Of a stretch of DNA of 64,000 bases, positions 50,759 through 63,516 are shown piece by piece; the stretch's first letter is position 1, and every line of letters starts with the position of its first letter. The stretch is from Obrimoposthia wandeli. Taxonomy: Eukaryota. The stretch lies in the NCBI GenBank assembly GCA_977020255.1, contig CDROCS010000122.1:434001-498000 (forward strand). The letters run 5' to 3'. The notes beneath the pieces are model-generated. The model saw nothing but the letters and a program-made list of their open reading frames with translations. It made no database searches and was not told where the DNA came from. A program made the position numbers and the translations under genes.

Positions 50759-51162
50759 TACTTATCCTCACCTTCTTCTGCGTTATCTTCATCTACGCGA
50801 CGCTTTTCGTCATCACGAACAGCATTAGAAACTAAGTTTGAAATACGCATACCTTCAGTCAACGACTCATCAAAGATAAACGTAAGTTCAGGAGTAACAC
50901 GTAGGCGAATTTGCTTACCAAGAAGTGAGCGAATGTACGGTGCCATTTCACGCAAAACAGCTAGGCTGCCTTTTGCTGTTTGTTCGCCGATAGTGAAGAA
51001 TGTTACAAACACTTTTGCGTAACACATGTCACGTGATACTTCGACACTTGAAATTGTTGTCATGCCAACACGTGGATCTTTAAGCTCACGCTGAAGGATA
51101 ACAGCAAGTTCTTTTTGTAGCTGCTGCGCAACACGTTGGGTACGACTGAATTCTTTAGCCAT
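50758..51162 (-). CDS. rbfA: Ribosome-binding factor A
   Basis: [27 protein letters not shown]. Confidence 0.97.
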   Translation of the reverse strand: MAKEFSRTQRVAQQLQKELAVILQRELKDPRVGMTTISSVEVSRDMCYAKVFVTFFTIGEQTAKGSLAVLREMAPYIRSLLGKQIRLRVTPELTFIFDESLTEGMRISNLVSNAVRDDEKRRVDEDNAEEGEDK

Positions 51163-51219
51163 TTTAACTATCTCTCTTAAAGAAACGGGCTATCTTAAAG
51201 AAGAAAGCGCTCTTGAAAG

Positions 51220-51243
51220 AATGGGGAGCCTAAGCTCCCCATT
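51220..51243 (-). terminator. Hairpin after infB
   Basis: AATGGGGAGC-CTAA-GCTCCCCATT. Confidence 0.6.
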
Positions 51244-51286
51244 GGGTTGTATGTTTACTTAATTAGATAAGTAACAACCTTGATGA

Positions 51287-54022
51287 TTAATCAAGAGTAC
51301 GTTGAATCTCAATGATTTCAAATACTTCGATCTGGTCACCAACGCGAACATCATTGTAGTTCTTAACGCCGATACCACATTCGTAGCCATTCTTAACTTC
51401 GTTAACATCATCTTTGAAACGACGTAGTGATTCAAGCTCACCTTCGTAAATAACCACGTTGTCACGTAGAACACGAATAGGATTGTTACGCTTGATTGTA
51501 CCTTCAGTAACCATACAACCAGCGATTGAGCCGATCTTAGGAGATTTGAATACATCACGAACTTCAGCAAGACCAATGATTTCCTGACGGAATTCAGGAG
51601 CAAGCATACCGCCCATTGCTGCCTTAACTTCATCAATCAATTGGTAAATGATTGAGTAGTAACGTAGGTCAAGGTTTTCGTTATCAATCATACGACGAGC
51701 TGGAACATCAGCACGAACGTTGAAACCAAGAATGATTGCATTAGATGCTGCTGCAAGTACTGCATCAGTTTCAGTAATACCACCAACACCAGAACCAACA
51801 ACCTTCACTTTAACTTCGTCTGTAGACAACTTCATTAGTGAATCAGCGATTGCTTCGATAGAACCCTGTACATCTGCTTTCAGTACAACGTTCAGTTCAG
51901 CGACTTCACCAGCTTCCATGTGTGAGAACATGTTTTCTAGTTTAGCTTTTTGCTGACGTGCTAGTTTAACATCACGGAATTTACCTTGACGGAAAAGTGC
52001 AACTTCACGTGCTTTACGATCATCACGTACAACAGTCGCTTCGTCACCCGATGCTGGAACACCAGAAAGACCTAAGATCTCAACTGGAATAGAAGGACCT
52101 GCACTCTCGATGTCTTTACCATTTTCATCGCGCATTGCACGAACACGGCCATGTTCAAGACCACAAAGAACAATATCGCCCTTACGTAGAGTACCTGATT
52201 GAACAAGTACTGTTGCAACTGGACCACGACCTTTATCAAGACGAGATTCAATAACAACACCGCTAGCCATACCTTCTTTAACTGCTGTCAGCTCAAGAAT
52301 TTCAGCCTGAAGCAAGATAGCTTCTAGCAAACCGTCAATGTTAGTACCTTCTTTAGCAGAGATGTGAACAAAGATGTTCTCACCGCCCCACTCTTCAGGA
52401 ATAACATCGTACTGAGCTAGCTCATTCTTAACGTTGTCTGGGTTTGCGCCGTCTTTATCGATCTTGTTCACAGCAACGATCAAAGGAACACCTGCCGCTT
52501 TAGCGTGCTGGATTGCTTCAACTGTTTGAGGCATAACGCCATCATCTGCTGCTACTACTAGTACAACGATATCTGTCGCTTGAGCACCACGAGCACGCAT
52601 AGCGGTAAACGCTGCGTGTCCCGGAGTATCAAGGAAAGTAATCATACCACTACCGATTTCAACGTGGTAAGCACCGATATGCTGCGTAATACCGCCAGCT
52701 TCGCCAGAAGCAACGTGTGCTTTACGAATGTAATCAAGCGTTGATGTTTTACCGTGGTCAACGTGACCCATGATAGTAACAACAGGAGCACGAGACTCAG
52801 CAGCTTCATTCTCACCGCGGTCAGACATCAGCGCTTCTTCAAGTTCATTTTCTTTACGGAAAATAACTTTGTGACCCATTTCGCCAGCAACAAGTGCCGC
52901 TGTTTCTTGGTCGATTACCTGGTTAATGGTAACCATAGCGCCCATCTTCATCATCGCTTTGATGACTACAGTCGCTTTAACTGACATTTTGTTAGCCAGT
53001 TCAGAAACAACAATGGTTTCGCCAATCACAACATCTGATTTAGCGACTGTCGCTGTTTTATCAAAACCTTGTTGCATTGAAGTAGGCGCATTAACCTGAG
53101 GTTTTTGCTTACCACGTCCACCACGTTGGTTACGACCACCACGACCTTTACGATCATCTGCTTTTTTAGCAGCTGGCTTTTTCTTACGACGAGTACCAGT
53201 GGTTTCTTCTTTACGATCTTGCTCATCTTCCGCAGCACGGGCGTGAGTAGATGTTGTTACGTGGTAATCTGACTTTTCCATACTTGTTGTTGCATTCTGC
53301 TCAGTAGCTGACCAGGTTTTTTCATTTGTTTCTGCCATTTTGCGGGCCTCTTCTAGCTGACGCTGACTATCTTCTTCGGCTTTACGCTTGGCTTCCTCTT
53401 CCCGGCGAAGTTGCAATAACTCAGTTTCACTCTTAGCCTGTTCGACAGCGACGGTGCGTTTAGCTTTCTCTTCGGCTTTACGCTTATCTGTAGCTTCACG
53501 CTTCACCGTATCCTCAGTGTTACATTTAGCCTTATTTTCTTCTTCACGCTTCGCTGTTTCTTCAGCCAAACGTGCGTCTTCTACTTTACGTTTTGCAGCT
53601 TCTTCTGCTTCTCGCTTAGCGTTCAATTCAGCATCTTGCTGAGCTTGAACTTCACGTTGTGCAGTTTCTTCTGCGACACGCTTAGCGTCATCAGCAGCAC
53701 GCTGCTCTTCTTCAAGAGCTGAGCGCTTCACGAAAGTACGCTTTTTGCGTACTTCCACTTGAACACTTTTACTTTTACCACCCGTACCCGACACACTTAA
53801 AGTGCTGTGTGTCTTACGTTGTAAAGTAAGGCGAGTTGGAGTGCCATCAGTACTCTCACCACCGTGCTCTTTTTGCAGGTGTGACAATAGAGACTGCTTC
53901 TCGGTTTGGCTTACGTTATCTTCAGCTTTCTTGCTGATACCAGCATCGGAAAACTGTTGAAGCAAACGGTCAATTGGTGTTCCCACTTCTTCCGCTAATG
54001 CTTTAACTGTAACCTCTGACAT
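51287..54022 (-). CDS. infB: Translation initiation factor IF-2
   Basis: [21 protein letters not shown]; charged N-terminal linker. Confidence 0.98.
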   Translation of the reverse strand: MSEVTVKALAEEVGTPIDRLLQQFSDAGISKKAEDNVSQTEKQSLLSHLQKEHGGESTDGTPTRLTLQRKTHSTLSVSGTGGKSKSVQVEVRKKRTFVKRSALEEEQRAADDAKRVAEETAQREVQAQQDAELNAKREAEEAAKRKVEDARLAEETAKREEENKAKCNTEDTVKREATDKRKAEEKAKRTVAVEQAKSETELLQLRREEEAKRKAEEDSQRQLEEARKMAETNEKTWSATEQNATTSMEKSDYHVTTSTHARAAEDEQDRKEETTGTRRKKKPAAKKADDRKGRGGRNQRGGRGKQKPQVNAPTSMQQGFDKTATVAKSDVVIGETIVVSELANKMSVKATVVIKAMMKMGAMVTINQVIDQETAALVAGEMGHKVIFRKENELEEALMSDRGENEAAESRAPVVTIMGHVDHGKTSTLDYIRKAHVASGEAGGITQHIGAYHVEIGSGMITFLDTPGHAAFTAMRARGAQATDIVVLVVAADDGVMPQTVEAIQHAKAAGVPLIVAVNKIDKDGANPDNVKNELAQYDVIPEEWGGENIFVHISAKEGTNIDGLLEAILLQAEILELTAVKEGMASGVVIESRLDKGRGPVATVLVQSGTLRKGDIVLCGLEHGRVRAMRDENGKDIESAGPSIPVEILGLSGVPASGDEATVVRDDRKAREVALFRQGKFRDVKLARQQKAKLENMFSHMEAGEVAELNVVLKADVQGSIEAIADSLMKLSTDEVKVKVVGSGVGGITETDAVLAAASNAIILGFNVRADVPARRMIDNENLDLRYYSIIYQLIDEVKAAMGGMLAPEFRQEIIGLAEVRDVFKSPKIGSIAGCMVTEGTIKRNNPIRVLRDNVVIYEGELESLRRFKDDVNEVKNGYECGIGVKNYNDVRVGDQIEVFEIIEIQRTLD

Positions 54023-54048
54023 ACTGCTCCTCCCTTGCTAATTTTTTA

Positions 54049-55536
54049 TTACGCTTCGTCGCTAAACCAACAAATATTACGCGCAGCCATAATAAGCTCA
54101 CCCGCTTTTGCTTCATCCATCTCTTCGAGGTCAAGCAAATCATCTGTGCCTTGGTCAGCAAGATCTTCCAGCGTACAAATACCTTTCGCAGCTAGCTTAA
54201 ACGCCAATTCACGCTCTAAACCGTCAAGACCAAGAAGATCAGCAGCAGGCTCTACACCTTCAAATGATTCTTCTTGCGCAAGGGCAAGCGTAGTCAGTGC
54301 TTCTTTCGCACGATTACGTAGCTCATTAATCGCGTCTTCATCAAGACCTTCAACATCCATAAGCTCGCTAACAGGAACATAAGCGATTTCTTCTAGTGTT
54401 GTGAAGCCTTCTTGAACCAATAGCGTTGCGAAATCTTCATCGACATCTAGGTGTCTAGTAAACGTATCAATCGATACTTGCGCTTCTTCTTTGTGCTTCT
54501 TCTGTAGATCTTCTACAGTCATTACATTCAGTTCCCAGCCAGTAAGCTGTGATGCTAAACGGATGTTCTGACCATTACGACCAATTGCTTGAGCAAGATT
54601 ATCTTTCTCAACAGCAATGTCCATCGTGTGGTTATCTTCATCAACAATGATTGAAGCAACTTCAGCAGGTGCCATTGCGTTAATAACATACTGTGCTGCG
54701 TTTTCGTCCCAAAGAACGATATCAATACGCTCACCAGCAAGTTCACTAGAAACGGCTTGTACACGTGCGCCACGCATACCAACACACGCACCAACTGGGT
54801 CAATACGTTTGTCGTTCGTTTTCACTGCAATTTTCGCACGTGAACCAGGATCGCGAGCTGCGCCCATTAGTTCAATCAGCTCTTCACCGATTTCGGGCAC
54901 TTCAATGCGGAATAGTTCTAATAGCATTTCTGCCTTAGAACGTGTCATGAACAATTGGAAACCACGCGCTTCAGGACGCACTGCGTATAAAAGACCACGA
55001 ATACGGTCACCTGAACGGAAGTTTTCACGAGGAAGCTGATCATCACGTTGGATTACGGCTTCTGCATTATTACCTAAGTCGATAATTACTGCATCACGGT
55101 TTACTTTTTTAACGATGCCAGTGATTAGCTCACCTTCGTTATCCATAAACTGCTCAACAATTTGCTCGCGTTCAGCTTCACGTACTTTCTGTACGATTAC
55201 TTGCTTAGCCGTTTGTGTTGTAATACGGTCGAATGTTACTGATTCGATTTCGTCTTCAACAAACCCACCAAGTTCGATGGTTTCATCATCGTACTGTGCC
55301 GCTTCAATCGTCATTTCTAATGTCGGTTGAGTAACTTCAGCTACAGCAATCCAACGACGGTATGTTACAAATTGGCCCGTCTTACGATCGATAGCAACAC
55401 GAACATCAATTTCTGCTTCATGTTTTTTCTTAGTAGCTGTTGCCAGTGCGATCTCTAGTGCTTCAAAGATACGCTCACGAGGAACAGCTTTTTCATTGGA
55501 TACCGCTTCAACGACAGCCAAGATTTCTTTGTTCAT
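54049..55536 (-). CDS. nusA: Transcription termination factor NusA
   Basis: [37 protein letters not shown]. Confidence 0.98.
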   Translation of the reverse strand: MNKEILAVVEAVSNEKAVPRERIFEALEIALATATKKKHEAEIDVRVAIDRKTGQFVTYRRWIAVAEVTQPTLEMTIEAAQYDDETIELGGFVEDEIESVTFDRITTQTAKQVIVQKVREAEREQIVEQFMDNEGELITGIVKKVNRDAVIIDLGNNAEAVIQRDDQLPRENFRSGDRIRGLLYAVRPEARGFQLFMTRSKAEMLLELFRIEVPEIGEELIELMGAARDPGSRAKIAVKTNDKRIDPVGACVGMRGARVQAVSSELAGERIDIVLWDENAAQYVINAMAPAEVASIIVDEDNHTMDIAVEKDNLAQAIGRNGQNIRLASQLTGWELNVMTVEDLQKKHKEEAQVSIDTFTRHLDVDEDFATLLVQEGFTTLEEIAYVPVSELMDVEGLDEDAINELRNRAKEALTTLALAQEESFEGVEPAADLLGLDGLERELAFKLAAKGICTLEDLADQGTDDLLDLEEMDEAKAGELIMAARNICWFSDEA

Positions 55537-55558
55537 TTCTAATGCCTCTGCTTAGCGG

Positions 55559-56014
55559 TTAGAATTTTGGAATCAGGTTAGCTTTGGAAATATTGCTAAG
55601 TGCGAATGTTTCATCATTACCGTCTACTTTTAGAGTGATTAGCTCACCCTCAACAGTAACAATGTCACCTTTCCACTTACGACGATTATTCATCGCCATT
55701 TTCAATACCAAGTTGACCTCGTGACCAACAAATTGTTGGTAATGTGCAGCTTTGAACAGCGGCCTCTCGAGACCAGGGGAAGACACCTCCAGGTGATAAG
55801 CCACAGTGATAGGATCTTCTACGTCCATAACTGCACTGATTTGACGGCTTGCTTCGGCACAATCTTCCACATTAATACCATTTTCATGATCCACGAAAAC
55901 GCGTAATGTAGAATGTTCGCCTGCACGAATAAATTCCAAGCCTACCAGTTCATAACCTGAAGCATTGACAGACGCCTCAAGTAGTTCGGTTAATTGCATC
56001 TCTAAAGCTGTCAA
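55559..56014 (-). CDS. rimP: Ribosome maturation factor RimP
   Basis: [12 protein letters not shown]; TTG start; upstream of nusA. Confidence 0.96.
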   Translation of the reverse strand: MTALEMQLTELLEASVNASGYELVGLEFIRAGEHSTLRVFVDHENGINVEDCAEASRQISAVMDVEDPITVAYHLEVSSPGLERPLFKAAHYQQFVGHEVNLVLKMAMNNRRKWKGDIVTVEGELITLKVDGNDETFALSNISKANLIPKF

Positions 56015-56080
56015 GACAACCCCCTGAAAACAAAAAAAGGGCCAAAAGCCCAGTAAATATCTGAATTGTCGTATTTCAGA

Positions 56081-56114
56081 TAATAAAAAACCCCGAATAC
56101 GGGGTTTTTTATTA
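56081..56114 (-). terminator. Terminator between tRNA-fMet and rimP
   Basis: Perfect 15-bp stem TAATAAAAAACCCCG-AATA-CGGGGTTTTTTATTA. Confidence 0.85.
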
Positions 56115-56192
56115 CTGGACCCTGATTACCACAGCAAGCTGTGATAGAAAAACAACATAGCTATTAAATAGAATAGTCGTTTTTCGGGAAAG

Positions 56193-56218
56193 TGGTTGCG
56201 GGAGCTGGATTTGAACCA

Positions 56219-56252
<34 letters not shown>

Positions 56253-56269
56253 AACTGCTCCATCCCGCG
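56193..56269 (-). tRNA. tRNA-fMet (CAT), initiator
   Basis: 77 nt CGCGGGATGGAGCAG...CCCGCAACCA; C1:A72 mismatch, three consecutive G-C pairs in the anticodon stem; metY position. Confidence 0.97.
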
Positions 56270-56327
56270 TCCGAAATCTAAACGTATTATATCGTTCAGA
56301 TGTTACTATTACAAGTAACCAGTATAA

Positions 56328-56412
56328 TGGTGCCGAGAAGGGGACTTGAACCCCTACACCTTGCGGCACTAGCACCTCATGCTAGCGTGTCTACCAATTT
56401 CACCATCTCGGC
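56328..56412 (-). tRNA. tRNA-Leu (GAG)
   Basis: 85 nt GCCGAGATGG...CTCGGCACCA; anticodon loop ATGAGGT; long variable arm; leuU position after secG. Confidence 0.95.
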
Positions 56413-56423
56413 TAAATCTTTTA

Positions 56424-56759
56424 TTACTGAGGAATGTCGCTATTTACAGGCGCAGTCTCAGTTTTTTCTACAACTTGCTCTGAGTTTACGTTGCCACTCA
56501 GATCTTCCCAGCCACTTTTTTCAGATGCTTGCTTAGCACTCATGTTGCCAAGAACAAGACTAATAACGAAGAAAATTGCCGCACAAACTGTAGTCATTCG
56601 GGTCAGAAAGTTTCCAGAGCCGCTAGCGCCAAACAGAGTTCCTGATGCACCAGCCCCAAATGAAGCTCCCATATCCGCGCCTTTACCTTGTTGAACCAGT
56701 ACTAGGCCAATAACACCAAGCGCAGCCAACAGATAAATCACAAGTAGAATTTCGTACAT
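56424..56759 (-). CDS. secG: Preprotein translocase subunit SecG
   Basis: QQGKGADMGASFGAGASGTLFGASGSGNFLTR; start refined to MYEIL. Confidence 0.96.
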   Translation of the reverse strand: MYEILLVIYLLAALGVIGLVLVQQGKGADMGASFGAGASGTLFGASGSGNFLTRMTTVCAAIFFVISLVLGNMSAKQASEKSGWEDLSGNVNSEQVVEKTETAPVNSDIPQ

Positions 56760-56986
56760 GGGTTCCACCTATTGTCAATTTTGCTGTGCCGGCTTTTGTT
56801 GTAGTACTGCCAGCGCACTCCCATCACTAAGGAGCGGGAGAATACTAGCGAATGCATGTAGATGTGACAAGCACTATTTCATCAAATAGTTATTAAGGCG
56901 AGCCACTTGTACAACATTTAAACAAAAACCAACGCGAACTATTAAATATCACCTAAAAATTAAATTTGATGATAACCGAATATAGC

Positions 56987-58324
56987 TTAACAGTTATCTT
57001 TAACTGCTTGAGCGATTTCAAGTGCGTATTGCTGCACTAAATCTGCATTTTCGCCTTCAACCATAACGCGAATCAAAGGTTCAGTACCAGACTTACGTAG
57101 TAAGACACGACCAGTATCACCCAACTTAGCTTCAACCGCTTTCTGTGCAGCAATAACAGCGTCAGACTCTAATGGATTACCTTCGCCTTTAAAACGAATA
57201 TTTTCGAGCACTTGCGGAAACATTGTCATGCCATCGGTAAGTTCTTTCAATGTCATTTTACTACCAACAATTGATGCCATCACTTGCAAGCCAGCAACAA
57301 TGCCGTCACCTGTCGTGATTTTATCTAATAAGATAACATGACCTGAATTCTCGGCACCAATTAACCAATTATGCTTCTGCAGTTCTTCCATCACATAACG
57401 ATCGCCTACTTTTGAGCGAACAAATGGAATGCCTAAATTTTTCAGGGCGACTTCCATACCAAGGTTAGTCATTAATGTACCAACAACCCCACCTTTTAGT
57501 TCACCACGACGTAATGCATCGCGGGCAACAATATAAGCGATTTGGTCACCATCAACTTTGTTGCCTTCATTATCAACCATGATCACGCGATCGCCGTCAC
57601 CATCAAGAGCAATACCAAAGTCGGCTTTCTCTTCTAGTACTTTAGCTTGTAATGCACGTACATCGGTCGCACCAACTTGGTCATTAATGTTTACACCGTT
57701 TGGCTCACAACCAATAGTAATCACTTCAGCACCAAGCTCTCTGAATACATTAGGGGCAATATGGTATGTCGCACCATGGGCGCAATCGACAACGATTTTG
57801 TACTCAGAAAGATCATATTGAGAAGGAAAAGTACCCTTACAAAATTCGATGTAACGACCAGCAGCATCATTGATACGGTAAGCCTTGCCTAACATTGCTG
57901 ATTCTACGCAAGTAAGTGGCTTGTCCATTTCAGCTTCAATCGCCAATTCAATTGCATCAGGTAATTTTTTACCTTCCGATGAAAAGAATTTAATACCATT
58001 ATCATAATACGGGTTATGCGATGCTGAAATCACAATGCCCGCTTCAGCACGGAAGGTACGCGTAAGGTATGCAACAGCAGGTGTTGGCATTGGCCCAGTA
58101 AATGCAGCTTGCAAGCCTGCCGCAGCAAGACCGGCTTCTAATGCAGATTCAAGCATGTAACCAGAAATACGCGTATCTTTACCAATCAATACTTTCTTGG
58201 TGCCTTGCTGAGATAGAACACGCCCAGCAGCCCAACCCAATTTCAGTACAAATTCAGGTGTAATCGGACCTTCGCCAACCAACCCACGAATACCATCAGT
58301 ACCAAAAAACTTACGTTCCGCCAT
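56987..58324 (-). CDS. glmM: Phosphoglucosamine mutase
   Basis: [28 protein letters not shown]. Confidence 0.97.
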   Translation of the reverse strand: MAERKFFGTDGIRGLVGEGPITPEFVLKLGWAAGRVLSQQGTKKVLIGKDTRISGYMLESALEAGLAAAGLQAAFTGPMPTPAVAYLTRTFRAEAGIVISASHNPYYDNGIKFFSSEGKKLPDAIELAIEAEMDKPLTCVESAMLGKAYRINDAAGRYIEFCKGTFPSQYDLSEYKIVVDCAHGATYHIAPNVFRELGAEVITIGCEPNGVNINDQVGATDVRALQAKVLEEKADFGIALDGDGDRVIMVDNEGNKVDGDQIAYIVARDALRRGELKGGVVGTLMTNLGMEVALKNLGIPFVRSKVGDRYVMEELQKHNWLIGAENSGHVILLDKITTGDGIVAGLQVMASIVGSKMTLKELTDGMTMFPQVLENIRFKGEGNPLESDAVIAAQKAVEAKLGDTGRVLLRKSGTEPLIRVMVEGENADLVQQYALEIAQAVKDNC

Positions 58325-58424
58325 TATATGCTCCTAGCAATTTTTTTTATTTTTTAACATGACTCTATAAATATCAGTCTTTTTATATCAAGCACCGTTA
58401 TCTACATTGAAATCATGCTTAGTC

Positions 58425-59255
58425 TTATTCTTGTGCCAGCGTCATACGGCACACTTTTAGCGCATCAACAGTTTCTTGCGCATCATGAACGCGAATTATT
58501 TGCGCGCCTTTCATTGCTGCAATTGTCGCACATGCCAAACTACCCACAAGGCACTCATTTGGCTGTTTATTCAACAATTTTGAAATCATTGACTTTCGAG
58601 ACATCCCCACTAAAAGAGGGAGTCCGAATTGGTGAAATTTATCTAAATGCGCCAGCAATTGATAGTTATGTTCCAAGCTTTTACCAAAACCGTATCCTGG
58701 ATCCAATAACAATTGTTCACGGGCTATTCCCGCTTTTTCACATGCGCTTATACGTTCAACAAGAAACTCACTCACATCAGTAATCAAATCACCATAATGT
58801 GGTTGAGCCTGCATTGTACGCGGCTGACCTTGCATATGCATTAAGCAAATCGGAACATTGGCTTTTGCGGCGGCCTTTAACGCACCTTCTTCACGTAATG
58901 CTCGCACGTCATTGATCAAATCGGCACCAGCATTAACCGCTTCTGTCATCACAAGCGCTTTACTCGTGTCTATTGATATCCAACAATCAAATCGCTGTCG
59001 AATAGCCTCAATAATAGGTACAACACGCTCAAGCTCTTGCTCTTCTGCAACATCTGCAGCACCTGGGCGAGTCGATTCACCACCTATATCTAGAATACTG
59101 GTTCCAGCCTCTAGCATTGCCTCAACATGTCGCAGCGCATGATCAAATTGATTGAATTCCCCCCCATCTGAAAATGAATCAGGGGTAATATTTAAGATCC
59201 CCATCGTATGAGGGTAAGACAAATCGAGGGTTTTTTCTTTGCTTGTCAAAATCAC
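58425..59255 (-). CDS. folP: Dihydropteroate synthase
   Basis: GILNITPDSFSDGG, GGESTRPG, DPGYGFGK, SRKS, RVHD. Confidence 0.96.
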   Translation of the reverse strand: MILTSKEKTLDLSYPHTMGILNITPDSFSDGGEFNQFDHALRHVEAMLEAGTSILDIGGESTRPGAADVAEEQELERVVPIIEAIRQRFDCWISIDTSKALVMTEAVNAGADLINDVRALREEGALKAAAKANVPICLMHMQGQPRTMQAQPHYGDLITDVSEFLVERISACEKAGIAREQLLLDPGYGFGKSLEHNYQLLAHLDKFHQFGLPLLVGMSRKSMISKLLNKQPNECLVGSLACATIAAMKGAQIIRVHDAQETVDALKVCRMTLAQE

Positions 59256-59282
59256 GAATCATTGCTCCATGATAATTTAGAT

Positions 59283-59312
59283 AAAAAAAACCCCGACACA
59301 AGTTCGGGGTTT
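59283..59312 (-). terminator. Terminator after ftsH
   Basis: AAAACCCCGA...TCGGGGTTTT. Confidence 0.75.
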
Positions 59313-59329
59313 TAATATTCGAAAGGCAA

Positions 59330-61306
59330 TTAAGCTTGAGGCTTATCGTCTTCTTTTGGTGCTTGTTCTGCTTTTGGCTTTAGCTCTTCACTGTCAGCTT
59401 CAACTGGCTTTTCTTCAGTTTCAACTTTAGTTTCTGCTTTCGCTTCTGGCTCTGATGATGACTTCATTACATCGTCAGTATCGTCCCAACCTTTCGGTGC
59501 ACGGATTTCTGTTTTACGCGCCATCAAATCATCGATTTGAGCAGCATCAATCGTCTCATACTTCATCAATGCATCTTTCATTGCATGCATGATATCCATA
59601 TTTTGAGCCAGAATTTCACGAGCACGTTCATAGTTACGGTCGATAAGAGCACGAACTTCCGTATCAATAGCGCGAGCAGTATCATCAGACATGTGTTTAG
59701 TCTGTGTAACTGAACGACCTAAGAATACTTCGCCTTCATCTTCAGCGTAAAGTACTGGACCCATCTTTTCAGAGAAGCCCCACTGAGTAACCATCTTACG
59801 TGCAATCTCAGTAGCACGTTCAATATCGTTAGAAGCGCCAGTAGACACTTTATCAACACCGTAGATTAGTTCTTCAGCTAAACGTCCGCCGTAAAGGCTT
59901 GAAAGCATAGATTCAAGGAACTCACGAGAGTGACTAACACGATCCTTCTCAGGTAAGTACATAGTCACACCCAACGCACGACCACGTGGAATAATTGATA
60001 CTTTGTACACTGGATCATGATCCGGTACCAAGCGACCAATAATTGCATGACCTGCTTCGTGATATGCCGTTGATTCTTTTTGGTCTTCAGACATAACCAT
60101 TGATTTACGCTCTGCGCCCATCATGATTTTATCTTTCGCCAATTCGAACTCTTTCATTGAAACAACACGCTTGTTACCGCGAGCTGCAAACAATGCAGCT
60201 TCGTTAACAAGGTTAGCCAAATCAGCACCAGAGAAACCAGGTGTACCACGAGCAATCAAAGATGGTACTACATCTCCTTCAAGCGGTACTTTACGCATGT
60301 GAACTTTAAGAATCTGTTCACGACCACGTACATCTGGTAAGCCAACCACAACCTGACGGTCGAAACGACCCGGTCGAAGTAATGCAGGATCCAATACATC
60401 AGGGCGGTTTGTCGCAGCAATAACAATGACACCTTCATTGCCTTCAAAACCATCCATTTCAACAAGCAACTGGTTCAATGTCTGCTCACGTTCATCGTGA
60501 CCACCACCAACACCAGCACCACGTTGACGACCTACTGCATCAATTTCATCGATAAAAATAATACAAGGCGCTGCTTTTTTTGCTTGTTCGAACATGTCAC
60601 GTACACGAGATGCACCTACACCAACGAACATTTCAACAAAGTCAGAACCGGAAATAGTGAAGAACGGTACTTTCGCTTCACCGGCAATTGCTTTTGCCAA
60701 CAGCGTTTTACCCGTACCAGGAGGACCAACCAACAAAATACCTGTTGGAATTTTACCACCTAGCTTTTGGAAACGGCTTGGATCGCGTAAATAATCAACC
60801 AGCTCTTTAACGTCTTCTTTAGCCTCATCACAACCTGCAACATCTGCAAACGTTGTTTTGATTTGGTCTTCACTCATCATACGTGCTTTAGATTTGCCGA
60901 ACGACATGGCACCTTTGCCACCGCCGCCGCCTTGCATCTGACGCATAAAGAAGACCCAAACACCAATAAGAAGTAACATTGGGAACCACGAGATGAAGAT
61001 TGTAGCAAGGAAACTTTGCTCTTCAGGTGGTGTACCCAACACTTTTACATTCGCATTGATAAGATCGTCTAGTAGTTTCTGATCATTAAAAACAGGCAGA
61101 TAAGTGACGTATCGCGTGTTGTCACGCTTAAATACGGTGATTTCACGCTCGTTGAATCGTGCTTCCCTTATCTGATCCTGACCGATTTCACGGACAAACG
61201 TCGTATAATCGACTTGACGGCCAGCGCTATCACTAGGACCGAAGCTCTGAAAAACAGACATCAGAACCACAGCGATAACCAACCACAAAATCAAGTTTTT
61301 TGCCAT
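59330..61306 (-). CDS. ftsH: ATP-dependent zinc metalloprotease FtsH
   Basis: [24 protein letters not shown]; start refined. Confidence 0.98.
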   Translation of the reverse strand: MAKNLILWLVIAVVLMSVFQSFGPSDSAGRQVDYTTFVREIGQDQIREARFNEREITVFKRDNTRYVTYLPVFNDQKLLDDLINANVKVLGTPPEEQSFLATIFISWFPMLLLIGVWVFFMRQMQGGGGGKGAMSFGKSKARMMSEDQIKTTFADVAGCDEAKEDVKELVDYLRDPSRFQKLGGKIPTGILLVGPPGTGKTLLAKAIAGEAKVPFFTISGSDFVEMFVGVGASRVRDMFEQAKKAAPCIIFIDEIDAVGRQRGAGVGGGHDEREQTLNQLLVEMDGFEGNEGVIVIAATNRPDVLDPALLRPGRFDRQVVVGLPDVRGREQILKVHMRKVPLEGDVVPSLIARGTPGFSGADLANLVNEAALFAARGNKRVVSMKEFELAKDKIMMGAERKSMVMSEDQKESTAYHEAGHAIIGRLVPDHDPVYKVSIIPRGRALGVTMYLPEKDRVSHSREFLESMLSSLYGGRLAEELIYGVDKVSTGASNDIERATEIARKMVTQWGFSEKMGPVLYAEDEGEVFLGRSVTQTKHMSDDTARAIDTEVRALIDRNYERAREILAQNMDIMHAMKDALMKYETIDAAQIDDLMARKTEIRAPKGWDDTDDVMKSSSEPEAKAETKVETEEKPVEADSEELKPKAEQAPKEDDKPQA

Positions 61307-61355
61307 GTCACTCAAGGTGTTAGCCCCGCAATAACTTAAAGATGAATGTAGAATA

Positions 61356-61985
61356 CTACAGTTTGTAACCTGTAGCCACAATATAGACCTCACGAGAGCG
61401 ATCTCGAGAAGAATCCGGTTTTCTTATTTTTACTACTTTGAACATGTTACGAATTTCAGCTAAATAGTCATCAAAGCCTTCACCTTGGAAAACTTTAACA
61501 GCAAAGCTGCCATTCGGAGCAAGAACTTGTCGACACATATCTAATGCTAGTTCAACAAGATACATTGCTCTAGGTTGATCTGAAGCAAGGTTACCGCTCA
61601 TATTTGGTGCCATGTCTGAAAGTACGACATCAACCATGTCTGGTTGAATGCGTTCTAACAATGCACTTAACACCGCCTCTTCGCGAAAATCCCCTTGCAA
61701 GAAACTGACGCCCGGTAATGAATCCATCGACAAAATATCGCATGCGATAACTTGTCCTTCATCACCAACCACTTCAGCGGCGTACTGTGACCAACCGCCA
61801 GGTGCAGCACCAAGGTCAACCACTGTCATGCCAGGTTTTAATAATTTATCTTTCTTTTGAATCTCTTCAATCTTAAAGATGGCACGAGAGCGATAACCCC
61901 TTTTTTGTGCCTCTTGGACGTATTTATCATCAAAATGTTCTTTTAGCCAACGACCAGAGCTGGCCGATTGTTTATTTCTACTCAT
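61356..61985 (-). CDS. rlmE: 23S rRNA Um2552 methyltransferase
   Basis: [33 protein letters not shown]. Confidence 0.97.
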   Translation of the reverse strand: MSRNKQSASSGRWLKEHFDDKYVQEAQKRGYRSRAIFKIEEIQKKDKLLKPGMTVVDLGAAPGGWSQYAAEVVGDEGQVIACDILSMDSLPGVSFLQGDFREEAVLSALLERIQPDMVDVVLSDMAPNMSGNLASDQPRAMYLVELALDMCRQVLAPNGSFAVKVFQGEGFDDYLAEIRNMFKVVKIRKPDSSRDRSREVYIVATGYKL

Positions 61986-62123
61986 ACTAAACCTAATGAG
62001 TTGATGTATTTATCCAGTATACTGCGTTGAAAATGTTCTGCGTATACTAAACAAATTAGTCTTCTAGTCTAGATGGCGTTAGAATGTCGTGTTTTCAACC
62101 CTAATTCACAAAATAGAGTCATC

Positions 62124-62420
62124 ATGAATCTAAGCACCAAACAGAAGCAACACCTTAAAGGCCTTGCTCATAATCTAAAACCTGTTGTTCTTATGGGCTC
62201 AAACGGTTTAACTGAAGCAGTAATCGCTGAAATCGAAATTGCGCTTAATCACCATGAGCTAGTCAAAATCAAGGTTGCGACGGAAGACCGCGAAACCAAA
62301 ATATTGGTTGTTGATGCAATCATTCGCGAAACGAAAGCGGAAAAAGTTCAAGTCATAGGTAAAACACTCGTTCTTTACCGCCAAACGGAAGAACGAAAAA
62401 TCGAACTTCCTCGCAAATAA
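62124..62420 (+). CDS. yhbY: Ribosome assembly RNA-binding protein YhbY
   Basis: MNLSTKQKQHLKGLAHNLKPVV, HELVKIK; start refined. Confidence 0.95.
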   Translation: MNLSTKQKQHLKGLAHNLKPVVLMGSNGLTEAVIAEIEIALNHHELVKIKVATEDRETKILVVDAIIRETKAEKVQVIGKTLVLYRQTEERKIELPRK

Positions 62421-62445
62421 AAAAGGCCGCCAATGCGGCCTTTTT
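62418..62445 (+). terminator. Terminator after yhbY
   Basis: AAAAAAGGCCGC-CAAT-GCGGCCTTTTT. Confidence 0.8.
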
Positions 62446-62557
62446 TACATCTACTCATTTTGAAATTGTAACATCTACGCTATAAATAGCCGTCCGAATG
62501 TAACATTTACTAACAGTTAAATTTGATTACAGCCTTTCTTGCTCAAACCACTACCAA

Positions 62558-63031
62558 TTAAATGTATTGAACTTGCTCGATTTCAAATTCTTTAACGCCA
62601 CCCGGTGTATGAATAGACACTTCATCACCTTCAAGCTTACCGATTAACCCACGAGCAATCGGCGAGTTAACGGAAATCAGGTTTTTCTTAATATCGGCTT
62701 CATTATCACCAACGATACAATACGTCAATTCATCATCAGTATTAATATCAATAAGTTTAACAGTCGTACCGAAAATTACTTTGCCGGTATTTTCCATTTT
62801 AGTGACATCAATAACCTGAGAGACAGAAAGCTTATATTCGATATCTCGAATCTGTGCTTCACAAATACCTTGTTCTTCACGCGCTGCGTGATACTCAGCA
62901 TTCTCTTTTAAGTCACCCAATTCACGAGCCTCACCAATCGCCTTAGAAATAATAGGGCGACGCTTTAACAATACATCCAGTTCTTCACGTAGGGTTTGTT
63001 CACCACGCACAGTCATTGGAACCTTTTCCAT
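62558..63031 (-). CDS. greA: Transcription elongation factor GreA
   Basis: [24 protein letters not shown]; start refined to MEKVPMT. Confidence 0.97.
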   Translation of the reverse strand: MEKVPMTVRGEQTLREELDVLLKRRPIISKAIGEARELGDLKENAEYHAAREEQGICEAQIRDIEYKLSVSQVIDVTKMENTGKVIFGTTVKLIDINTDDELTYCIVGDNEADIKKNLISVNSPIARGLIGKLEGDEVSIHTPGGVKEFEIEQVQYI

Positions 63032-63079
63032 AAATATTACTACCTCAGTACACCCCAAGACGCTCGTCACTCTTAGGGT

Positions 63080-63104
63080 AAAAAAAGCCAGACCAGCATT
63101 GGCT
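63080..63104 (-). terminator. greA leader terminator (GraL-like attenuator)
   Basis: Minus strand AGCCA-N9-TGGCT followed by a T tract ~50 nt upstream of greA; E. coli greA has a leader terminator. Confidence 0.5.
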
Positions 63105-63409
63105 GAACCAGCAGGGTTTAAAGGGTTACTGTCATTTTAAACAAAGATGGCAAAGAGATCACCTTCGAAAATCATTATTATTGAACTCTTACAAAAGTCA
63201 GCCTGTAACACAACCAAGCAGCATAAAGATGTGTTAAACCTCACAATTTAATCAACAGTAGTGATTTAAACATCAGAAAAGATGTCAACAAAACTCTAAA
63301 TACAACTAAATCAACACGATAGCATCGAACTTTTTTACAATTAAATAAAGCACTGAAAAATAAGAAGATAATAACAAATATAACTTTAAAATTATCCTTA
63401 TGTAGTATT

Positions 63410-63424
63410 TTTCAGTTTTTTTTA
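63410..63424. promoter_or_regulatory. Candidate ToxR box upstream of the porin
   Basis: TTTCA-GTTTT-TTTTA equals TNAAA-N5-TNAAA on the minus strand; the AT-rich context lowers specificity. Confidence 0.4.
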
Positions 63425-63516
63425 CTAACAAAAATCAAAATAGACAAGTAAAAAGAACACCATGCATTTGGGATTTAAATGTACATAAATAAAATAATTT
63501 TAAAAAGGATTCGGCA

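Noticed and set aside
56120-56420. Genomic island integrated at the tRNAs
   Set aside because: Flanks are core genes; no duplicated tRNA 3' end or integrase.
62467-62510. Direct repeat TGTAACAT(C/T)TAC at 32-bp spacing between convergent yhbY and greA
   Set aside because: Two copies only, no adjacent gene start; may be chance.
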